A stretch of 32,507 nucleotides of DNA from an uncultured Christensenellaceae bacterium (GTDB taxonomy: Bacteria > Bacillota > Clostridia > Christensenellales > SZUA-584): assembly GCA_964561895.1 (NCBI GenBank), contig CAZLRM010000001.1, positions 1 to 32,507 on the forward strand. Reading direction: 5' to 3'. The position numbers and the translations under genes are program-made. The notes under the pieces are model-generated. The model was not told where the DNA came from. It saw nothing but the letters and a program-made list of their open reading frames with translations, and did no database searches. Of this stretch, positions 12,441 to 21,854 are shown piece by piece; position 1 is the first letter of the stretch, and each line of letters opens with the position of its first letter.

Positions 12441-13469
12441 ATGAGGGCGACGGACGCTTTCAAGCTGATCTATCAAAGCGAGTTCGCGGGCGGGCATATG
12501 GTCTCAAGCGAAGCGAAAAGCGAAGAGCGTATAAAAGAGGAACGCCGGACGGCGAAGGCAGGGCACGCCCCTTCGCTTGCGTTCGAGGATATCGGCGGAG
12601 GGCTTTGCCGCATGCACCTTGGTGCGCTGGATGCGTTGGGTCTTGCGGCTTCAACGGCGAACCGGTTTTTCCTTAATACCGCGGATGCGGTGCGCGGGGA
12701 TGCCGCGCGTTTCGAGAGAAAGCTGTCCGTGCTGCTGGAATGCTGCCGCACCGGAGCGCTGCCGCTTGACGCGGAGGAAACTGCGGCATATATCGCGGCA
12801 CTAAAGGCCAAGGGGTATCCTCCTGCGAGCCACAGCGAGCCGTACCGCTTAGCGTACGCGCCCGCTTACCGCGTGGTAAGCGCCGGTTACCGCGATTATA
12901 TTGAGGTGTTCTGCCGCATCGATGCACTGATGAAAAAGGGAGAGCCGGTGCGCGTCGCTATCGACGGGCGCAGCGCGGCGGGCAAGAGCCGGCTCGCAGA
13001 GCTGATCAAAGGGGTATACCGCGCGACTGTGTTCCATATGGACGACTTTTTTCTGCCGCCGGAAAAAAGAACGCCGCGGCGGCTTGCCGAGCCGGGCGGC
13101 AACGTGGATTACGAGCGCTTCTTAGCGGAGGCTGCGCCGGGTATAAAAAGCGGCAGCGAGGTTTTCTACCGCGCATATGACTGTAAAACCGGCATGCTGA
13201 GCGAGCCGATCAAGGCGGTACCCGCGCCGCTGTGCATCGCCGAGGGCGCTTACAGCCTGCACCCCGCGCTTTTTGACCTGTACGATCTGAAGATTTTCTT
13301 AGGGGTTGGCAAAGAGGAGCAGAGACGCCGCATACTGCAGCGAAACGGCGAGGCGATGCTTCGGCGGTTCATGGAGGAATGGTTACCCCTGGAGGAGGAA
13401 TACATCACGGCGCTTCATATACCGTGCCGCTGTGATATCGTTTATAACGCGAGTGAAGAAATCTTGTGA
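12441..13469 (+). CDS. Two-domain protein: uncharacterised N-terminal domain plus uridine-kinase/PRK-family P-loop kinase domain
   Basis: The C-terminal half carries Walker A GRSAAGKS, then FHMDDFF, NVDYERF, IAEGAY and IFLGV..EEQRRRILQR in Udk-like order. The N-terminal roughly 165 aa were not recognised. The start is uncertain (see findings). Confidence 0.7.
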   Translation: MRATDAFKLIYQSEFAGGHMVSSEAKSEERIKEERRTAKAGHAPSLAFEDIGGGLCRMHLGALDALGLAASTANRFFLNTADAVRGDAARFERKLSVLLECCRTGALPLDAEETAAYIAALKAKGYPPASHSEPYRLAYAPAYRVVSAGYRDYIEVFCRIDALMKKGEPVRVAIDGRSAAGKSRLAELIKGVYRATVFHMDDFFLPPEKRTPRRLAEPGGNVDYERFLAEAAPGIKSGSEVFYRAYDCKTGMLSEPIKAVPAPLCIAEGAYSLHPALFDLYDLKIFLGVGKEEQRRRILQRNGEAMLRRFMEEWLPLEEEYITALHIPCRCDIVYNASEEIL

Positions 13470-13499
13470 GGTTTTTTAAGTTTAAGGGATTCAATATTG

Positions 13500-13531
13500 A
13501 AAAAAGAAGGAACGGTGTTGGCCGCTCCTTC
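13500..13531 (-). terminator. Intrinsic terminator of the NlpC/P60 operon
   Basis: On the minus strand: GAAGGAGC...GTTCCTTC hairpin followed by TTTTTT (plus-strand A-run 13500-13505). Confidence 0.5.
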
Positions 13532-13575
13532 ATTGTTCCGTATCTGTTCACTGATTCTGGCAATGCCCTTTTCAT

Positions 13576-15390
13576 CTAGAATATCCGGTATCCGCAGATA
13601 AAATATCTCTTCCAATAGCTGCTGCCGACGTATTGGCGCTTGACGACCTTATGGTTGCTGGACGATGCGTCGATCATGTAACCGTTGCCCGCGCATATCG
13701 CCACATGCCCTTTGAATACGATCACGTCGCCGCGCTTCAAGTCGCTCATGCTCTTGATTCTGGTGTATTTAGTGCAGCTGCGCCATGTGTACGATGTCAT
13801 GTAGCTTTGCTTGACGCCCACCTGTTTTAAACACCAGTATACAAAGCCCGAGCAGTCGAACACATTGGGGCCCTTTCCGCCGCCCACATATTTGCAGCCT
13901 ATCTTCGACTCCGCAACCGATATGAAGGACTCCACGTTCGCGCCGGTGATATTGGCCGAAGAGCCGGAGCCGGAGCTTGAACCGGAGCCGGAGCTTGAAC
14001 CGGAACCGGAGCTTGAACCGGAACCGGAGCTTGAACCGGAACTTGCCGCTTTTTTCGCTTTTGAGGAGCCCAGCATATTCATTGTGACTCTCCCGACCTT
14101 ACCATCCGCGCTGAGCTTGTTTCTGCTCTGAAAGTTTTTCACGGCTTTTTCTGTTGCCTCGCCGAAATACCCGGTAATTTTGCCTTTGAAATAGTTGAGC
14201 TTTTTGAGCTGCTGCTGGATATAGGTGACCTGGTCTCCGCGGTCGCCCACGGTATACGCGTTGCTTTTGGCATCACCGGACATCAGCGCGCTTGCGGTGG
14301 CCGGGCCTAAATACCCGTCCGCGATGAGGCCGTTGGTCTCCTGAAACTGCCGGATGGCTTCCTTGGTATCCTTCCCGAAAGTACCGTCCGGTTCCGAAAA
14401 CAGATAGTTCAGTTTTTTGAGGCGTTTCTGGTATTCCAGTATCTCGTCGCTCTTATCGCCGATGGCGAAAAACTTGGCGACCACGTCTTCGGAATACAGT
14501 TTTTCGCGCGCATCCTGGCCGATCATACCGTCCTGGCTCAAATTGTTAAGCTTCTGGAATTTCATAACTGCAGCCTTGGTTTCGTCTCCGAAGTAGCCGG
14601 TGGACTTGTCCATATAGCCGAGCTCCACAAGCCGCTGCTGCAATTCCCTAACGTCCGTGTCCACGTCGGTGTCCTTTGCGCCAACCGAGAGCGTGTAATA
14701 CTGCGCTTGCTCGCTCATGAGCAGTTCATAGGTTGCCTCGTCCACGACGCCGTCCGCGGCGAGCCCGCTTTGCGTCTTGAAATGATTGATCGCAATCTCC
14801 GTCTGATCACCGAAAATGCTGTCAGGTTCGTCCGCGTCTAGATACCCGAGATCCATGAGGCGAATCTGTATATCGGACACAACAGTGGCCGTGACGCCTG
14901 TGGTGATATGCACCGATTCGTATACCGGCTTCACCACCGTAATGCTTGCGAGCTTGGTGGGCGCGGGAGAGGAAAGCAAGTCGGATTGGCTGGCTTTCTG
15001 CGCCGCGGTTTGCCGCGCGTTCCCGCCCGGCAGCGCGATTATAAGCACGATACCTGCGATTAAGGCGGCGGCAAGCGCTCCGCCCGCGATGAGTACTTTT
15101 CGCTTATCCTTGATACGAAATATGCGGCGGTGTCCGTAACCTTTGCTGCGCAGCTGTGCGGCGGTGGGCGTGCTGCGCTGCGTTCTGTAACCGGAGGGCA
15201 CAGCATCGGTTTTTACGGCAGCCCCGGCGGAGGTTTTTCCGGTCAGGCGCTTCATCAGCGTTTTTATCTGCTGCGCCACTGCGCCGAGCCATTCTCCCGC
15301 ACGCTTCAAAAGAGCGCGGGTCAGCTTTCCCATCTGACGCCAAAGGTTTTTATGATATTTGAATTGCTTTCTTTTTCGATGCTGTGACAT
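13576..15390 (-). CDS. Membrane-anchored cell-wall hydrolase: 4 x PG_binding_1 repeats plus C-terminal NlpC/P60 (C40) peptidase
   Basis: ATG at 15390 follows AGAGAGG. One TM segment (VLIAGGALAAALIAGIVLIIAL). Four LGY..DG.FG..T..A...FQ...GL..DG repeats, a Ser/Gly linker, a catalytic Cys in FDCSGFVYWCL and a His in KGHVAI. Confidence 0.9.
   Translation of the reverse strand: MSQHRKRKQFKYHKNLWRQMGKLTRALLKRAGEWLGAVAQQIKTLMKRLTGKTSAGAAVKTDAVPSGYRTQRSTPTAAQLRSKGYGHRRIFRIKDKRKVLIAGGALAAALIAGIVLIIALPGGNARQTAAQKASQSDLLSSPAPTKLASITVVKPVYESVHITTGVTATVVSDIQIRLMDLGYLDADEPDSIFGDQTEIAINHFKTQSGLAADGVVDEATYELLMSEQAQYYTLSVGAKDTDVDTDVRELQQRLVELGYMDKSTGYFGDETKAAVMKFQKLNNLSQDGMIGQDAREKLYSEDVVAKFFAIGDKSDEILEYQKRLKKLNYLFSEPDGTFGKDTKEAIRQFQETNGLIADGYLGPATASALMSGDAKSNAYTVGDRGDQVTYIQQQLKKLNYFKGKITGYFGEATEKAVKNFQSRNKLSADGKVGRVTMNMLGSSKAKKAASSGSSSGSGSSSGSGSSSGSGSSSGSGSSANITGANVESFISVAESKIGCKYVGGGKGPNVFDCSGFVYWCLKQVGVKQSYMTSYTWRSCTKYTRIKSMSDLKRGDVIVFKGHVAICAGNGYMIDASSSNHKVVKRQYVGSSYWKRYFICGYRIF
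13961..14045. repeat. 18-nt tandem repeat (about 4.7 units) encoding the (SSGSGS)n linker of the first P60 paralog
   Basis: Units gaaccggaRccggagctt at 13961, 13979, 13997 and 14015, plus a partial unit at 14033. Confidence 0.9.
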
Positions 15391-15419
15391 AAATTTACCT
15401 CTCTGATGATAGCTGCCGT

Positions 15420-17066
15420 TTAAAATACACGAAACGCGCAAACGAAACCGATCCCCGTGGTCAGCTTGCGCTGTACTACCTTGTGATTCCTGGATGACGC
15501 ATCGATCTGCATACCGCCGCCCAGCGCGATCGCGCAGTGGCCTTTAAAGATAATGATGTCGCCGCGTTTTAATTCTCTGATGCTCGTGATCTTGGTATAC
15601 TTAGTACAGCTTGGCCACGCGTGAGACGTCAGATAGCCCTGTCTGACACCCACCTGATTGAGGCACCAGTATACGAATCCGGAACAGTCGAATACATTGG
15701 GCCCTTTTCCGCCGCCTACATACCTGCAGCCCAGCTTCGATTTCGCTACAGAGATGAACGAATCGACATTGGCGCCGGTGATACTCACGCCCGTGGATTT
15801 CTTCGCGTTGGGCGAATTGAGCGCTCTTAAGGTAGCGGCGCCTACCTTGCCGTCCACGGAAAGCCCGTTGCGGTATTGGAAACTGCGTACGGCGGTCTCG
15901 GTACCGGGGCCGAAATTACCGTCCGCCTTACCTTTGAGGTATTTAAGGTCGATAAGCCTTTGCTGCACGTTGACAACCTGCGCGTTGTTGTCGCCCCTTT
16001 TCAGCGCGCCATCTTTCGCTTCTTCCGACATCAGCGCGGCCTGTGTGGCGGGCCCTAAAAAACCGTCCGCGATAAGGCCGTTAGCTTCCTGAAAGCGCTG
16101 TACGGCAGCTTTGGTATCCTTGCCGTAGTTGCCGTCGGGCTCGGTGGTTAAATAGCCCAGCTTTTTAAGGCGCTTCTGGAAATCCAGTATTTCGTCGCTT
16201 TTCTCGCCGGAGGAGTAGAAATTGGCGATGGCATTCTCGGCGTAGAGCATCTCGCGCGTGGCCTGATCAATACTGCCGCTTTGCTCGAGGCTATTGATCT
16301 TTTGGAACTTATTGACCGCGCCCTCGGTATCCTCGCCGAAAGTCCCTGTGGCTTTGTTCAAATAGCCGAGCTCTACAAGCCGCTGCTGCAGTTCATAGAC
16401 GTCGGTATCGTCCTCCGTATCCTGCGCGCCGCGAGAGACCGTGTAATACTGCGCGTCGCCGCCCATCAGCAGCACATAGGCTGCTTCATCAACGATGCCG
16501 TCCGCGGCAAGCCCGTGCTGCGCTTTAAAGTGGTTGACCGCGATGGCGGTTTGGTCGTCGAATACGCCGCTTGTTTCGTCCGCGGCCATGTACCCCAGCT
16601 CCATCAGCTGCTTTTGAACATCGGAAACCACCATTGCGGCGGTACCCTGCTCGATATGCACCGATTCGCTGACCGGCATTACTACTGTGACGTCCGCGAG
16701 CCTCATTGCGGAGGATGAGGCGCCCGTTCCCGTGTGCCCGGCAGTCTGCTTCGGGTTTCCCGTCAGCGTCACAAGCAACACGGCGCAGATGGCGACTGCA
16801 GCCACTGCGCTGCCCGCGATGATCGCAATGCGTTTATTCATGCGGAAAAAACGAAGAAGCCCTGCGCCGCGGCTGACAGAATGCGAAACAGCGGCAGGCG
16901 GCCTGCGGTATGTTTGCCGCGCGGAAACGCGCGGCGCGGCGGTATAACGCCTGCCAAAAGCCTGCGGCTGCCGTTTCCCGTGTGAAAACAGCGCCGCAGC
17001 GCGCGATAACGTTTCCCGCAATATTTTAATGATATAAGGTTCAGACTTATAACGGTGTTTGGACAT
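15420..17066 (-). CDS. Paralogous membrane-anchored hydrolase: 4 x PG_binding_1 plus NlpC/P60
   Basis: ATG at 17066 follows GGAAGAGGA. It has the same architecture and a near-identical catalytic region (FDCSGFVYWCLNQVGV, KGHCAI) but no Ser/Gly repeat linker. Its stop lies 29 nt upstream of the next gene's start. Confidence 0.9.
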   Translation of the reverse strand: MSKHRYKSEPYIIKILRETLSRAAALFSHGKRQPQAFGRRYTAAPRVSARQTYRRPPAAVSHSVSRGAGLLRFFRMNKRIAIIAGSAVAAVAICAVLLVTLTGNPKQTAGHTGTGASSSAMRLADVTVVMPVSESVHIEQGTAAMVVSDVQKQLMELGYMAADETSGVFDDQTAIAVNHFKAQHGLAADGIVDEAAYVLLMGGDAQYYTVSRGAQDTEDDTDVYELQQRLVELGYLNKATGTFGEDTEGAVNKFQKINSLEQSGSIDQATREMLYAENAIANFYSSGEKSDEILDFQKRLKKLGYLTTEPDGNYGKDTKAAVQRFQEANGLIADGFLGPATQAALMSEEAKDGALKRGDNNAQVVNVQQRLIDLKYLKGKADGNFGPGTETAVRSFQYRNGLSVDGKVGAATLRALNSPNAKKSTGVSITGANVDSFISVAKSKLGCRYVGGGKGPNVFDCSGFVYWCLNQVGVRQGYLTSHAWPSCTKYTKITSIRELKRGDIIIFKGHCAIALGGGMQIDASSRNHKVVQRKLTTGIGFVCAFRVF

Positions 17067-17135
17067 ATCCTCTTCCTGTGGGCTTAAAGCCTTGATTTTT
17101 GCTTGAGTATTTTCACAGGTTGTACTGACGGCTCT

Positions 17136-17164
17136 ATTATAGCGAATTGCGGAGCTTTTCGCAA
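17136..17164 (-). promoter_or_regulatory. Sigma-A promoter of the P60 operon
   Basis: On the minus strand: TTGCGA (17164-17159), 17 nt, TATAAT (17141-17136). The spacer carries the inverted repeat ATTGCG-n8-CGCAAT. Confidence 0.55.
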
Positions 17165-17243
17165 TACTTTTGTAATATTTAATGTGCGTGCCGGCAAATT
17201 TTGCGCAACATAGATGGATGAAAAAGAACTGCGATGTGCAATA

Positions 17244-17273
17244 TTGACAAGCTTGTTGGCGCGCCTATATAAT
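17244..17273 (+). promoter_or_regulatory. Consensus sigma-A promoter of the gcv operon
   Basis: TTGACA (17244-17249), 18-nt spacer, TATAAT (17268-17273). Confidence 0.65.
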
Positions 17274-17297
17274 GAGTTAATCGAAAAATACATGGAT

Positions 17298-17487
17298 GAC
17301 GGATGCGGGAGAGTTGAAATACACCGAAAATGTAAGCCGCAAAACGCGGTGGAACTTTCAGGTAAAATGGTCTGATACTGACAACACTCTGGAGAGCTTT
17401 ATGACACAAAAGGAGCAACGGGTTTATCCCGGATCTCTCAGGTCAGAATACAGAGGGGGACGGCATTTTTGTTGTCTTCCTTTTTTT
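17298..17487 (+). promoter_or_regulatory. Tandem glycine riboswitch with expression-platform terminator
   Basis: Aptamer 1: GCGGGAGAG..CACCGAA..ACTTTCAGGTAAAATGGTC. Aptamer 2: CTCTGGAGAG..CACAAAAGGAGCAA..ATCTCTCAGGTCAGAATACAGAG. Terminator: AGGGGGACGGCA tttt TGTTGTCTTCCT (17454-17481) followed by a T-run. It lies directly upstream of gcvT. Confidence 0.85.
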
Positions 17488-17512
17488 ATTTGAGAGGCAG
17501 AAAGGATTTTTT

Positions 17513-18616
17513 ATGAAACAAACGCCGCTGTATGACAGGCACATAGCTTTAAACGCGCGCATCATTGATTTTGGCGGCTGGGCGCTGCCCGTGCAGTACT
17601 CGGGCATCATGGAGGAGCACGAAAGCGTTCGAAGCACGGCGGGGCTTTTTGATGTGTCGCACATGGGCGAGATCGTTGTCACGGGCAGGGATGCGCAAAG
17701 CTTTTTGCAGCATGTTCTCACAAACGATATTGTTAAAGCAGTAGACGGGCAGGCGGTGTATTCGCCGATGTGTTATCCGACCGGCGGTGTGGTGGACGAC
17801 CTCATCGTATACCGCCTCGGCGCTGAAAGCTATCTGCTTGTCGTCAACGCATCCAACACGGACAAGGATTACGCCTGGATCACGGAGCAGCTTTCGGGCG
17901 ATGTGTGCGTAAGCAACGTTTCGGGCGACTGGGCTCAGCTCGCGCTGCAGGGGCCGAAAGCACAGACGGTACTGCAAAAGCTTACGGACTATCCGCTTGA
18001 CAGTATCCGCTTCTTCCACTTCGCAACGGATGTCCGCGTAGCGGGAATACCCGCGATCGTATCGCGCAGCGGCTACACCGGCGAAGACGGTTTCGAGATA
18101 TACCTGCCGCCCGGTGGCGCAATAAAGCTTTGGGACGCGCTGCTGGAAGCGGGCAGCGGGGAAGGGCTGCTGCCGTGCGGGCTCGGCGCGCGTGATACGC
18201 TGCGCTTTGAGGCGGCGCTGCCGCTGTACGGACAGGAGATATCGCAGGATATCTCGCCATTGGAGGCAGGGCTTTCGCGCTTTGTCAAGCTGGACAAACC
18301 CGACTTTATCGGCAGGGACGCACTGGCAAAACAGGCCGCGCAGGGAACCGCTCGCAAGCTCGTGGGCTTCGAGATGACCGGGCGCGGCATACCGCGCAGC
18401 CACTACGAGATTGAAAAGGACGGAATCGCAATCGGCTTTGTGACGACGGGCAGCTTTTCGCCCACGCTCAAAAAGAACATCGGCCTCGCGCTGGTGAAAT
18501 CGCAACACGCGGCGGACGCAACGCAAATGGATATCATTATCCGCGATAAGCCGGTGGAAGCGCGCGTAATACCGATACCTTTCTATACAAAAAAGTATAA
18601 AAACACGGGGAAATAA
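17513..18616 (+). CDS. gcvT: Glycine cleavage system aminomethyltransferase (T protein)
   Basis: MKQTPLYDRH..FGGWALPVQY..GLFDVSHMGE..SRSGYTGEDGFEIY are typical GcvT motifs. Confidence 0.95.
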   Translation: MKQTPLYDRHIALNARIIDFGGWALPVQYSGIMEEHESVRSTAGLFDVSHMGEIVVTGRDAQSFLQHVLTNDIVKAVDGQAVYSPMCYPTGGVVDDLIVYRLGAESYLLVVNASNTDKDYAWITEQLSGDVCVSNVSGDWAQLALQGPKAQTVLQKLTDYPLDSIRFFHFATDVRVAGIPAIVSRSGYTGEDGFEIYLPPGGAIKLWDALLEAGSGEGLLPCGLGARDTLRFEAALPLYGQEISQDISPLEAGLSRFVKLDKPDFIGRDALAKQAAQGTARKLVGFEMTGRGIPRSHYEIEKDGIAIGFVTTGSFSPTLKKNIGLALVKSQHAADATQMDIIIRDKPVEARVIPIPFYTKKYKNTGK

Positions 18617-18667
18617 CCTGGCATTACAAAGGAAAGGGGATGCGGCGAGCGCCGCAAAGGGAAGGCT

Positions 18668-19051
18668 ATGGAAATCATCGACGGGCTTTATTACACGGAG
18701 GAGCACGAGTGGATCAGGGTTAAGGGCAGCCGCGCTTATATCGGCATCACGGACCACGCACAGCATCATCTCGGCGAGATCGTATTTGTCGAACTGCCCG
18801 ACGCGGGTACGGAACTGGAAGCGGGCGATATACTCGGCGTGGTGGAATCGATCAAAGCCGCATCGGACGTTTATACCGCAGTTTCGGGTACGGTTGCCGA
18901 GGTCAACGAAGCGCTCGTCGATCATCCGGAGAAAATTAACGAAGCGCCGTATGACTGCTGGATCGCTGTGATCGATATGTCGGACGAAACCGAACTCGAC
19001 GAACTCATGGACGCTTCGGCCTACGGCAAGTTTTGCGAGGGCATCGAATGA
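18668..19051 (+). CDS. gcvH: Glycine cleavage system H protein
   Basis: YTEEHEWIRV, GITDHAQ and the lipoyl-lysine motif VESIKAASDVY. Confidence 0.95.
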   Translation: MEIIDGLYYTEEHEWIRVKGSRAYIGITDHAQHHLGEIVFVELPDAGTELEAGDILGVVESIKAASDVYTAVSGTVAEVNEALVDHPEKINEAPYDCWIAVIDMSDETELDELMDASAYGKFCEGIE

Positions 19052-20382
19052 GGTACATACCCAATACGGCGGGGCAGCGGCAGCAGATGCTGCACGAGAT
19101 CGGCATGAGCGGCGCGGACGAGCTGTTTGCGTGCGTGCCGGAAGACGTGCGCCTAAAGCGCGGCCTTGACTTGCCCGAAGCGATGAGCGAGCCGGAACTC
19201 ATGGCGCATATGAAACAGCTTGCCGCGCGCAACACGAATTGCGACGACGCGGTTTGCTTCCTTGGCGCAGGCGCGTACGACCATTTCATCCCCAGTGTCG
19301 TGCATCATGTGCTTTCCCGGCAGGAGTTTTACACCGCTTATACGCCCTACCAGCCCGAGATCAGCCAGGGTACGCTGCAGGCGATATTCGAGTTCCAGTC
19401 GATGATCTGTATGCTGACCGGTATGGATGTCGCGAACGCGTCCATGTACGACGGCGCTTCGGCCTTGGCCGAGGCCGCGATGATGGCGTGCCGCGCCTCC
19501 GGACGCAATGAGGTGCTCGTCTGCCGCAGCGTATCGCGCAGCAGCCGGGAAACGCTGGGGACATACGCGCATTTCAAAGGTGTGAAGGCTGTTGAGTTTG
19601 GTTATCAAAACGGAAAAGTTGATTTATCCGCGCTGGAAAGCGCGGTATCGGATAGTACCGCCGCCGTGATCATACAGTCGCCCAATTTCTTCGGCGTGAT
19701 CGAGGATGTTGCCGCGATCGCTGAAATTGCGCACAATCACAAGGCGGCGCTGATCGTATCGTGCGATCCCGTTTCGCTGGGGTTGCTGGCTTCGCCAGGC
19801 TCACTCGGCGCGGATATCGCGGTGGGCGAGGGGCAGCCGCTCGGCATCCCGGTCAGCTTCGGCGGGCCGTACCTTGGGTTGTTCGCCGCGAAGCAGGAAT
19901 GGCTGCGTAAGATGCCCGGACGCATCGTGGGTGAGACGGTGGACAAGAACGGAAGGCGCGGTTTCGTACTCACGATACAGGCGCGCGAGCAGCATATCCG
20001 CCGAGAGAAGGCAACCTCCAACATCTGCTCCAACGAAGCGCTCTGCGCGCTCGCAGCGACGGTGTACCTCACCGCGATGGGGCGGCAGGGTTTGAAGGAA
20101 GTCGCGGAGCAATGCGCGGCCAAGTCGCGCTACGCATACGACAAGCTGATCGGTACGGGGAAATTCGAGCCGTTGTTCGATGCACCGTTTTTCCGGGAGT
20201 TCGCGCTGCGCTATACGGGCGACGTCGCTTCGCTGAACGCTCGGCTGCTAAAGCGCGGCATCATCGGCGGGTACGACGCGGGCAAGGACTACGAAGAACT
20301 TCAAGGCGCGTGGCTTGTCGCGGTGACGGAGAAGCGCACGAAACAGGAGATTGACGCGCTGGCAGAGGAGGCGGGGATATGA
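19048..20382 (+). CDS. gcvPA: Glycine dehydrogenase (aminomethyl-transferring) subunit 1
   Basis: MRYIPNT..., FLGAGAYDH and [17 protein letters not shown] at 19048 overlaps the gcvH stop (ATGA); the track start at 19033 is an upstream extension. Confidence 0.9.
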   Translation: MRYIPNTAGQRQQMLHEIGMSGADELFACVPEDVRLKRGLDLPEAMSEPELMAHMKQLAARNTNCDDAVCFLGAGAYDHFIPSVVHHVLSRQEFYTAYTPYQPEISQGTLQAIFEFQSMICMLTGMDVANASMYDGASALAEAAMMACRASGRNEVLVCRSVSRSSRETLGTYAHFKGVKAVEFGYQNGKVDLSALESAVSDSTAAVIIQSPNFFGVIEDVAAIAEIAHNHKAALIVSCDPVSLGLLASPGSLGADIAVGEGQPLGIPVSFGGPYLGLFAAKQEWLRKMPGRIVGETVDKNGRRGFVLTIQAREQHIRREKATSNICSNEALCALAATVYLTAMGRQGLKEVAEQCAAKSRYAYDKLIGTGKFEPLFDAPFFREFALRYTGDVASLNARLLKRGIIGGYDAGKDYEELQGAWLVAVTEKRTKQEIDALAEEAGI

Positions 20383-21830
20383 ACACGAAACCGCAGCCTT
20401 TGATATTCGAACTGAGCCGCGAAGGCAGAACGGCATACTCGCTGACTAAGTGCGACGTGCCGGTGACCGTGGATGAATTTATTCCAGAGCGTATGCGCGG
20501 GCAAACGCCGCCGCTGCCCGAGGTCAGCGAGTTCGATCTGATCCGGCATTTCACGCAGCTTTCGATGAAGAACCACGGCGTGGACGCGGGGTTTTACCCC
20601 TTAGGGTCGTGCACAATGAAGTATAACCCGAAAATCAACGAGGACATGGCGGCGCTTCCCGGCTTTTCTAAGGCGCACCCGCTATTACCTGCGCAGGCTC
20701 AGGGCTGTCTGCAATTGCTGTATGAGATGGATATGATGCTGTCCGAGATCACGGGCATGGCGCGCGTGTCGCTGCAGCCCGCGGCGGGCGCGCACGGCGA
20801 GCTCACCGGACTCATGATCATCAAAGCGTACCACGAGCATCGCGGCGACTTGAAGCGCAAAAAGATCGTCGTACCGGACAGCGCACACGGCACCAATCCG
20901 GCCTCCGCGGCGGCGGCGGGCTTTAGCGTGGCCGAGGTTAAATCCAACGCGCGCGGGCTCGTGGATATCGCGGTGCTGCAATCGATCATGAGCGACGAAA
21001 TCGCGGGGCTGATGCTCACGAACCCCAACACATTGGGGTTATTCGAGGAGGATATCTTAAAGATTTCGGACATCGTACACGCAGCGGGAGGTTTGTTGTA
21101 TTACGACGGCGCGAACGCCAACGCGATACTCGGCGCAGCGAGGCCGGGCGATATGGGCTTTGACGTAGTGCACTTAAACCTTCATAAAACCTTCGCCACG
21201 CCGCACGGCGGCGGCGGGCCGGGTTCCGGCCCGGTGGGCGTGAAGGAGTTTCTCGTGCCGTTCCTGCCAAAGCCGGTGATAGAAAAAGCGGGCGAAGCAT
21301 ACGTGCTGGACGGGGACAGGCCGCTGTCCATTGGCCGCTTGCATTCGTTCTATGGTAACTTTGGCGTGATCGCGAAGGCGTACGCCTACATCCGATCGAT
21401 GGGGCCGGACGGGCTTAAGGAGGTTTCCGAGGCGGCGGTGTTGAACGCCAACTATATCCGCGAAAAGCTAAAGAGCGAATACGCGCTGCCGGTAGACCAG
21501 CCGTGTATGCACGAGGCGGTGTTCTCCGCCCAGAAGCAAAAGGAGCATGGAATCGGTGCGCTCGATATCGCAAAGCGCCTGATCGACTTCGGCGTGCACC
21601 CCCCTACAATCTATTTTCCGCTCATCGTTTCGGAGGCGCTCATGATCGAGCCCACCGAGACGGAGAGCCGCGAGACGCTGGACGAATTTATTGCTGTGAT
21701 GAAGCAGATTGCGAAGGAGGCGGAGGAAGCGCCGGAGTTGCTGCGCGAAGCACCGCACGGCACGCCCGTTTCGCGCCTCGACGAAGCCAAGGCTGCGCGG
21801 GATATGAGGCTGAAGTACACGCGGCAGTAA
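20379..21830 (+). CDS. gcvPB: Glycine dehydrogenase (aminomethyl-transferring) subunit 2
   Basis: [36 protein letters not shown] (PLP lysine). ATGA overlap with gcvPA. Confidence 0.95.
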   Translation: MNTKPQPLIFELSREGRTAYSLTKCDVPVTVDEFIPERMRGQTPPLPEVSEFDLIRHFTQLSMKNHGVDAGFYPLGSCTMKYNPKINEDMAALPGFSKAHPLLPAQAQGCLQLLYEMDMMLSEITGMARVSLQPAAGAHGELTGLMIIKAYHEHRGDLKRKKIVVPDSAHGTNPASAAAAGFSVAEVKSNARGLVDIAVLQSIMSDEIAGLMLTNPNTLGLFEEDILKISDIVHAAGGLLYYDGANANAILGAARPGDMGFDVVHLNLHKTFATPHGGGGPGSGPVGVKEFLVPFLPKPVIEKAGEAYVLDGDRPLSIGRLHSFYGNFGVIAKAYAYIRSMGPDGLKEVSEAAVLNANYIREKLKSEYALPVDQPCMHEAVFSAQKQKEHGIGALDIAKRLIDFGVHPPTIYFPLIVSEALMIEPTETESRETLDEFIAVMKQIAKEAEEAPELLREAPHGTPVSRLDEAKAARDMRLKYTRQ

Positions 21831-21854
21831 AATACGGCCGGAGGGAGCCGGAGT

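Noticed and set aside
13961-14045. Regular short repeats that could be mistaken for a CRISPR array
   Set aside because: The units are contiguous 18-mers without spacers, inside an open reading frame, and they encode a Ser/Gly linker.
17549-18925. 458-aa minus-strand ORF across gcvT/gcvH. Similar long antisense ORFs lie at 25805-26965, 27339-28655, 7508-8290, 7921-8694, 6200-6805, 9136-9768 and 2321-2950.
   Set aside because: These are typical stop-poor antisense frames of GC-rich genes. Each overlaps a confidently identified gene on the other strand and translates to Arg/Ala/His-rich low-information sequence.
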